Shown: piece by piece, positions 32,131 through 39,890 of the stretch
Numbering within the stretch: the stretch's first letter is position 1
Layout of the letters: each line of letters opens with the position of its first letter
Assembly (NCBI GenBank): GCA_004022145.1
Contig: RCNU01000017.1
DNA length: 39,890 nt
Reading direction: 5' to 3' (one strand)
Origin: Paecilomyces variotii
Lineage: Eukaryota
Translations under genes and position numbers: made by a program
The notes under the pieces: generated by a model
What the model saw: only the letters and a program-made list of their open reading frames with translations
Databases searched by the model: none
Told to the model about the DNA's origin: nothing

Positions 32131-35100
32131 ATGACCGAGGTCGTGAGACAATCAAGTGACGCCGTCAAAAGGTCCCGCGCGTCTGAATACTCTCAGAAGG
32201 ATTTGAGTCCTATGGAGCGCGAGAGATCGAAGAAGCGCCGTCTCTCCCGCGAGAATGGCCGTGCTTCGCGCCCTGTTATCCCTGAGTCTCGCGAAGATCC
32301 TTCCGCGAATGGCCGCGCCTCGACCGCTGTTGAAGTTACTCAATCGGGGGGGGAATTTGAGAAAGCAGCCAGAAATTCTCGGACACCGTGGTCGCTGTCG
32401 CAGGTTGTCGGTGGTCGTTATTCCGACCTGGACCCAGTTTTCAGCGTTGACGAGAAGTGAGTGTTTAATCATTGAAGATCGGGACAACAACTGGGCCGTT
32501 TGACTGACTCCGGATAGGTTTATATTCCTAGCTTTGGAAAAAGCCATTCACATCTTCTCTACCTCTACGTCCCGTTTATTTCGAACTTTGCAATTAGAAG
32601 CATCAGCAAAGATTGTCGGATATCAGCTCTCGCCTACTAATGACGAGCATCTCTATGTCTTCACGTCATCTGGCTCTGTGAGAAAATGGGATTGGACTTC
32701 TTCAAGGCAGATCTCTTCGTGGGAAACATCATGCAAGACCTTTTGCGCCAGGATATGTTCCACCCATATTGGCACAGAAGTTCACGACGCATTCTATTCC
32801 TTGCGCCAGCGCAAGGACGGGCGACGGGAGTTGGCAATAAATATCTTGAAGGATGGGGATGCGGACGTGGAACCTGCTGGTTTCGTGGCTCTTGAGACGA
32901 GCAGACCAGTCAAGCACATTACACTCTCTAACCAGGGCCATGCCGTCATCATCTCTGATGGTCAACATATCTTTGTCGGCAGTAGAAAGGCCGCAGACCT
33001 GGCATCCCCAGAAAGCTTCCATTACACCTGGAGGGAGCTTAGTTTGCCCGTGACTGCGACTTGCTTCGATATCCGTGAGAGTTTGCCTGCAGAAGGATCG
33101 AAGATTGCGTTGTCAAAGGCTAGACAAGCTTCGCCTGCAGTAGATCTTGTGCTGGGTGACTCTTCCGGATCCATTTTGATCTATCATGACATTGTGAACT
33201 CCCTCTCTCAGAGAGAAAATGCGCAAGAAAGCGAGGTCCGCTCTTTGGTCTTCAGAAAATTACATTGGCATAGAGGCGCAGTTACTGCTGTCCGCTGGTC
33301 TCGAGATGGTATGCTCGACAGTTGTCTCTGGAATTTGGTTACACTGTGCTAACCATATATGCAGGAAACTACCTTATTTCTGGAGGCTCAGAGTCTGTCA
33401 TGGTTCTCTGGCAATTGGATACTGGCCGAAAGCAGTTCCTGCCACATCTGTCCGCGCCCATCTCTAACATTATCATCTCTCCGACCGGAAATTCGTACGC
33501 AGTTAAACTGGCTGATAATACCGTCATTGTCTTGTCAGCCACAGAGTTACAGCCATCTTCTGCTATAATTGGTCTGCAGCTTCCGTCTTCGAGGACAGCC
33601 CAGACAACGAACCCCGCAAAGTCTGCCGGCAGTTCAACACGGATCCTCGATGCGATTCCTGCCGTCCTCCACCCACGAAATCCTGACCATCTTCTTGTTG
33701 CTGTCCCTGCTTCTCAAACTGCTGGTGAGGGAAAGGACAAGACAACCGACTTGTGTTTTTTGCAGACAGTGGATATCCGCACCGGCTCTCATCTCTCCCG
33801 ACAAGCTCTCGCTCGCACTAATGTTACTGTGCTGAACACGGGACCAGAAGGCACAAAGATCTCACCCCCTGACGTCAAATTTGTGGAAATCACCCATGAT
33901 GGGCAATGGTTGGCTACCGTGGACGACTGGCTGCCATCTCCCCAAGATGCCACGGCATTCGATCCTTGCCATGAGGGTAAGGGGCCAAGCGTTGGCTATT
34001 CTAGGGAGACATTTTTGAAGTTCTGGATGTGGAATGATTCAACTAAGCTGTGGGAATTGGTCACTCGCATCAACGAGCCCCATAGCCGATTACAAGGGGG
34101 CGCGATGTCGGTCCTTAGCTTAGCATCACGGCCCAATGCCCATGAGTTTGTGACTCTGGGCGCTGATGGCATTCTACGATTTTGGGATGCAGTGCCGAGG
34201 CATCAAAGTCACATAAAGCCACGGACAGATGCCGCTCAGCCACAGGAGACATGGAGATGCCGACGCTCTGTGAATTTGAAGAGTAGGACAGATGGCAGCC
34301 TCTCCTTCCAAGTAGCTTCTATGGGCTTTTCAGAAGATGGTTCGGTTCTCGCTGTTTGCTTACCGTCGCAGTCATCCGTCAGCACCGGCTCTGTTCACTT
34401 GATCGATGCTGATGTATGTGAAATACGCCAGAGCCGAGAAGGATTGTTCTCCGGCAATCCATGTGGTGTTAGATTTCTAGGACAGCACCTTATTGTTGCC
34501 TCAGAACAGTCACTGTCGGTCTGGGATACTGTCAATGATGTGACCAAAGCCATCGAGCTGGGCGGTTCTGGAACCGCCGACTCAGCCACTCTAGGATCTC
34601 CAATCCTGCTTTCTGTCAATCGCAAGACTAACAGCTTTGCGATTATTACAGGTCGCTTTGGTACGGCTAGTGCCAACCAGTCGAGCAAGCGACGACATAA
34701 GACAAGATTCTACATTGATATATACAATCTTCGGTCTTCGAGACCCGTATTTCAATCAGTGTTGCGATGCCACCCGCTTGCATTGCTCCCTGATTCAGCG
34801 ACAGGCGACTACATCGTTATAGATACGTCAGCATATGTGCAGCGAATCGGATGTTCCAGTACGGGTGCTGAACCTGCAGTCTCATCCAACGAGCTATCGT
34901 CTTATATGAAGACAGAACTGGATGGACTATTTGGCTGGCAGGCACCAAAGAACGCTCCCGCGCCAGATTCACTGCCCAATGAAGGTGCAAGATCGGGTTC
35001 TAATGATTTGGGGGATATCTTCGGTTCTGCACCTCCTTACTTGTTGTCTCCTGTCAGCGTCCTTTTCAGAGATGTTGTTGGCGCCTTTGTCAGTAAATAG
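32131..35100 (+). CDS. utp17: WD40-repeat SSU-processome protein, Utp17/Nan1/WDR75-like; exons 32131-32456, 32518-33308, 33365-35100
   Basis: Spliced KLHWHRGAVTAVRWSRDGNYLISGGSESVMVLWQLDTGRKQFLPHL is characteristic of WDR75/Nan1. Also DGQWLATVDDW, FLKFW, WELVTRI, FSEDGSVLAV and an N-terminal basic NLS-like KKRR. Confidence 0.85.
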
Positions 35101-35291
35101 TGTTACTGAGAATAGTTTGTACATGAAGTACACCATTTCATAGGCGTATCTCAAGAAGATTACAATTGCCACAAAACCAATGTATACTCTTCTCCATTTG
35201 TATATCATTATACTACACCCAAATGGATATAATATAAATCATAAATATCTTTTTCTTATCTTTATATATATACAGATCCAAAGTAAACACA

Positions 35292-37217
35292 TCAATCGTC
35301 GGGATATTCATCTCTAATGTTACTTATATACGTCCGGCTATGTTCATCCCATCTCTTAAAATGCTTACCAGCAATAGTCGAGAAAACAGGAGGTAGCTCG
35401 GAAATATCAGGTTTTATAATCTCAATATTTTCTTCGGCGACATATCGACTGCTCCTATCCTCAACACTAGTTCTGTTAGTATCTGTTCCAATAGAGAAGT
35501 TCAGGATATGAGCATACAGAACATGGTAGAAACTCTGATGTCGACCAGCTTGCAGATCATCAATGCCCATTTGCCTCATCCACTGCTCCCCTGCACCACA
35601 TTCGGCATCCCAGCCTGTTATGATAGCTGTGTAATCATAGCGACGATGGCGAAACACCTGGCCTACGCGATATTTGACATTCTGGTGTGCAGAAGTACGC
35701 CGCCGTATTTGCCTGGGTATTTCGTCGACAGCCTTCATTACATGCAAACTCTCCCGAAGATGTTCATATTCTGGAAGTCCCTGGAAGAGAGGTACCAGGC
35801 ATTCTTCGATCAAGTAGAGGTCTGAAGGGAAATCCGTAGCAAACAACTCCATAAGCCAAGGTAGGTGCTGTCGAAGTTCTATTGGTCTTGATGGGCCCGC
35901 AAAGATCATGGAAGACCATAAGCCAGCATATTTTGCGCTCCCGATATCGATGGACGGTATAGCCAAAGCTGGTTGTAAGGACATGTGTTGGATGGAGCGC
36001 AGGATATTCTTTCCGCAGCGCAGCACAATCTCGGATGTCTCCGATTCCCCAAGGAAGACCGACTGCTCAAGATTTGAAGCCCCCAGGAAGTTGAGTTGAC
36101 TACGCAGACTGGATACTGGTGTTTCTCCAGTGGACCGGAACGGGTCCATGTACATGGGCTCTCCCTGAGCGCCGTCAGCAAGTATGCGTCCATCCATGTC
36201 CAGGCCACGTGGTGGGATGATAATGACATGAACGTGGAAAGGAAACCCACAGGGACGGGCATTCAGGCCCAGGCCCTGTGCAACATAGCAGTAGATAGCA
36301 GCAGATATTAAGGGTAGTGAATTATGGCCCGGGTCAGCCAATGCTATCCCTAAAAAGTTATGTTCGAGACTGTGATAATCGCGGTCTTCTTCAATCCCCG
36401 TAAGCTTTCTCCTTCTCAGATATGATGCGATAGCTAGAGCCCGAGAACGCGGCGTCGAGGCTCGAATGTCGGGCTCCTCATGCGTGAGATCAGCTATGAT
36501 CCTATCAAGCGTGTTGGTGACCTATGCGGACAAGTCAGTTTCATACGCCAATAAATCGGCCTATGCAGCTCTTGACATACATCAAATAAGTCTCCAACAT
36601 TACTCTCTGGAACGAAAAGGTCGAAAGCTCCAAGTGCGCGCTCGAGGGGTATAGATTCCCCTTGCCTCAGTTTGATCCACTCCCGAATAGCGATATGCCG
36701 ATGTAAGCTAGTCAGAACAGCGTGGCTATAATATCTTTTCGTGCCAATAAGTTGCCGTGTCAAAGGATTGTTAGCGATACAGAAAGATAGAACGGAGAGC
36801 GAACCTTCGTGCCAAATGATCCTCTCTTTCAGGCCCTGTAAGCGCGTTCCGTATCAGTGTGTCCTTAGCATCGTATCCAAAGCTAATGATGACGCGAAAC
36901 TTTTCTAGTCGCCCTGTTTGGCTTGTGAGGATGCTTTCTAGGGCGCTAGAAACAGTAGAGTCAGTTAGACATCTGCTGGCGTACAGCCCCTTCCAATCCA
37001 CAGAAGAGACAGGGTCCGCTAGTTTATTCTTAAAATCATGCCGATGTTCCCAGAAGCTGAAGTGAGTCAAACAGTAATATCGCCATAGCAGAGGTTCGTT
37101 TGCAATGCTCCTGAACCTGCGAGCGGTGCGTTCGAGAGCAGCAGCCGCAGATGGAGGGCTATAGCAGAGAATTGTATGCAATATCTCATCCGGCAGGCGA
37201 GTGAACGACGTTTCCAT
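35292..37217 (-). CDS. F-box protein with transglutaminase-like (SirB1) core and C-terminal YccV/HspQ-like domain (FBXO21-like); exons 37217-36805, 36734-36581, 36521-35518, 35466-35292
   Basis: F-box FTRLPDEILHTIL...LLWR; SLPLISAAIY...GFPFHV...YMDPF; VKYRVGQVFRHRRYDYTAIITGWD...QSFYHVLVED.SSRYVAEENI...YPDD. Three GT-AG introns keep the frame. Confidence 0.88.
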
Positions 37218-37449
37218 AGCGAGCGCTATAGTGCAGCGCGATTGGTGTGTATTAAATGTGTTCTGACATTTGACAGTATATTTGTCGGCTTTTGAGGTTG
37301 GCGCTCTGGTAATGGGGATGCATAATAGAAACCGAGCATCATAGTATCTGATCGCCGCCTTGCTTCTGCCGCTCTTGGCCGCCTTGCAGCTGACTACGGT
37401 CGCATTCAAAAGTTTTCGACACTTTTTCTCGCCCCACTAAAAATCTAGG

Positions 37450-39890
37450 TGTTTTCTAGCCTTACTAATTACGACAAATTAAATAGAACCCTTCTTAAAG
37501 TATTATTATATTAAATAAGTTTAGAGTTAATTATTAAAAAAAAAGTATAATTATATATATATTTTAACTCTTAATTATTATATAAATATAAGAATTTTAA
37601 AAAGAATTTTATATATAAAAATTAAAGATTTTATCTTATATTTTTTCTATATTTAATAATAAAATAACTTTATATATAAATTTATTAAATAAAATTAATT
37701 AAAAGTTAGCTAGTTTAAAAAAATTATAATATAAATAGCTTTAAATAAATAAAACTTAATTTTTTTAATTAAACTTTTCTTAATAAAATTATATATAATA
37801 TATAATATTTTATAAATTATATTATTCTTATAAAATAAGATAATATATTTAATATATATATAAATAAAACTTTTTATAAAAGTTATTTAAAAAATATTTA
37901 TTTAAGTTTTAAAATTTAAAATAAAAGTAATATATTTTAAAATATAAGAAATATATAAAAGCTTATATAAATAATTTTTATTATATCTTTTTTTATAAGT
38001 ATTTATTACGCTTAAGTAGATTAAATTAAATTTATTAAAGCTTTAATTTAATAAGGCAGTATAATAGAGAATTTTAAGCTAAAAAGAGAGAAAAAAAGAA
38101 TTTAGAGAAAGAATCTTAATTCTTTTATTTATAAGATTCTTTATTTCTTAATTACTTTTAAATAATATAAATAGTTAAGAGTTTTACTAGTAAATCTCTG
38201 ATTTTATCTTCTTATTAAATTAATACTATAATAATATTATAATATTACTTCTTTATTTAAATTAATTTATTCTTAAATTAATAAGATAATTATTATTCTT
38301 TTATTTCTTTAAATTAATATCTTTATTAATATAATTAATCTAATAGTTTAAATTAGCTAATAGCTTAAGTTTATTAAAGAATATATTATAAAACTTTTAA
38401 AGCTTTAATAATAAATTTTTAAAATTTTTAGTAAAATATTATATTAAATCTTTATTATATTTCTTTTAAGTAGCCTTATATTAAAGATATTTATATTTAA
38501 TTTAAATAGCTAAAATTTTATTTACTTCTTATTTTAATTTATTTTAAATCTTAATTAATAGAGGCTCTTTATAGACTTAATATAAGATAAAATTATTTAA
38601 TATTTATTAAAGGTAATTTAAAGAGAATATTAAGTAGATTTTTATAATATTAAAGAGTTTTAGCTTTTAAGTATTCTTTATCTTCTTAAGAATTTTAAAG
38701 AGGCTCTTTATTTAATTATTAAGCTTTTATAAAGATTAATTAAATATTTAATTTATAGGTTTAATAAAAACCTTATTATTAATATTAAAATTTATTTCTT
38801 AATAGTATTTATTAGCTTATTTCTTTTATTATTCTTAGGCCTTTTTAATAAAGACTTTTATTATCTTCTAAATTTATTAAAGTCTATATATTTATTATTA
38901 AGCTTTAGTTTAATTAGTCTTTTTAAATATTAAAATAAATTATAATACTAGGCGCTACTTAAATAAAATATAAGGCTTATATTTATATTTAACTATAAAT
39001 AAAGATATTTCTATAAATTTTTAAATTAATATAGTTATTATAAAATTAACTATTAAGAGATAATTTAATTAATTATCTTAATAATAATTAATATAAGGCT
39101 AAAGTCTTTAAGCTATATATTAGTTTAAAACCTTTATTTATTTATTTATTTAAGAGTATATAGTTAAAGAAAGCTTTAACTTAACCTTTAATAATAAATA
39201 GAATTTATTCTAGAAGTTTAAAATAAATTATAGTTTTTAATTAAAAACTATTATATTAAAAGTATTTTTATAATAATATATATACTTAAAAAAGATTTTA
39301 GCTATAGTTTATACTATAGCTATATTATAATAAGGAATTAAAATAAAATACTTATTAAAATAATTAACTATAGTAAATATTATATTATAACTATACTTAT
39401 CTTTTAAAAAAAAATTAAAAATCTATTAAAATATATTACTATAGTTATTTAAAGATAAATAATAATTAAAGTAACTTTAATAAAAAATCTTAAAGGTTTT
39501 TAATTTAATAATAAGTTAAATAATTTATTATAGTATTAGCGTAAGAAATAAGTTACTTAAAGAAATCTACTAGCTAATACTTACTTAATTTAAAAAAGTA
39601 AGGCTTAATAAGTTAAGTTCTTTTAAATTATATAAAGAACTATATAACTTTATAAAGATACCTTTAATATATAGCTTAATCTAGATTTAAGCTCTTTAAG
39701 CTATATTTTATTTACTAAGCTTACTTATAATAGCTTATTTTAGTTTAAATTAATAAAATAAAGATCTTATAGCTAGTCTTAATATTAACTACTTTATTCT
39801 ATTTATTTTAATTTACTTCTTAAGCTTATATCTTAATATTATATAGCTTTTATTTAAAAGTTAATACTATTAATAATATTTACTTTAATT
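37450..39890 (-). mobile_element. RIP-degraded Ty3/Gypsy LTR retrotransposon (chromovirus), 3' part, truncated by the window end
   Basis: Abrupt switch to extremely AT-rich DNA almost devoid of CpA/TpG, with a pol relic on the minus strand. The left boundary and LTR limits are approximate (37450-37500). Confidence 0.88.
38260..39890 (-). pseudogene. RIP-mutated pol: integrase core, GPF/Y module and chromodomain
   Basis: Minus-strand reads and their manual de-RIP: LK*L**YILIDF -> PERPWQHISMDF (~39450-39418); FNIIVFN*KL*F -> PDTIVSDRGPQF (~39260-39225); IYS*INK*IKVLN*YI -> HPQTDGQTEVLNQYI (~39160-39115); KSLFKILKK -> EGPFEILEK (~38709-38683); *EVNKILAI*...L*YKAT*KKY...*YFTKNFKN -> WEVDEILAVR...LQYKATWKGY...WYPAENFKN (~38531-38415). 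Confidence 0.85.

Noticed and set aside
37440-37500. Starship boundary (TTAC words near the AT transition)
   Set aside because: No tyrosine-recombinase captain is visible, and the AT block is explained by a Gypsy pol relic.
37450-38100. Exact 3' LTR, polypurine tract and TSD
   Set aside because: Candidates exist (TG at 37450; pyrimidine run ~37986-37994), but RIP damage and the missing second LTR prevent confirmation.
37500-39890. Mitochondrial insertion (NUMT) or telomere
   Set aside because: No TTAGGG arrays or mitochondrial genes seen; CpA/TpG depletion and integrase motifs indicate a RIP-mutated retroelement.
35292-39890. Functional link between the YccV-like (hemimethylated-DNA-binding) F-box gene and the adjacent RIP block
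   Set aside because: FBXO21-like genes are widespread housekeeping genes; the adjacency is most simply a chance insertion.

Overview
Intron-containing DNA from a filamentous ascomycete, most consistent with Eurotiales (Aspergillus/Paecilomyces-like); the organism is inferred from gene content, short GT-AG introns with CTAAC/CTGAC branch sites, and RIP. I can assemble ten complete genes by hand-splicing: a Vcx1-type Ca2+/H+ exchanger, a HET-C/TinC-family protein, mitochondrial D-lactate dehydrogenase, a Rab4-like GTPase, xylitol dehydrogenase (xdhA), an unknown protein, a Clr5-domain protein, an Stl1-like sugar porter, Utp17/WDR75 and an FBXO21-like F-box/YccV protein. A possible first exon lies at the left edge. 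The ORF track misses two mobile elements. One is a 591-bp TA-flanked MITE (25948-26538) whose ~195-bp TIRs are built from nested palindromes around a RIP-like spacer. The other is a heavily RIP-mutated Ty3/Gypsy chromovirus (~37450 to the window end, minus strand) whose integrase and chromodomain are still readable. The most unusual signals are: (i) chained TA-bounded words (TACGGAGTA, TACAGTA, TAGAGTA) around the transporter that look like serial Tc1/mariner excision footprints; (ii) the MITE architecture; (iii) a repeat-rich HET-C tail with a hidden poly-His exon; (iv) clear cis-regulatory clusters upstream of xdhA and the transporter. All calls come from reading the sequence; no database search was run, so novelty is unconfirmed.
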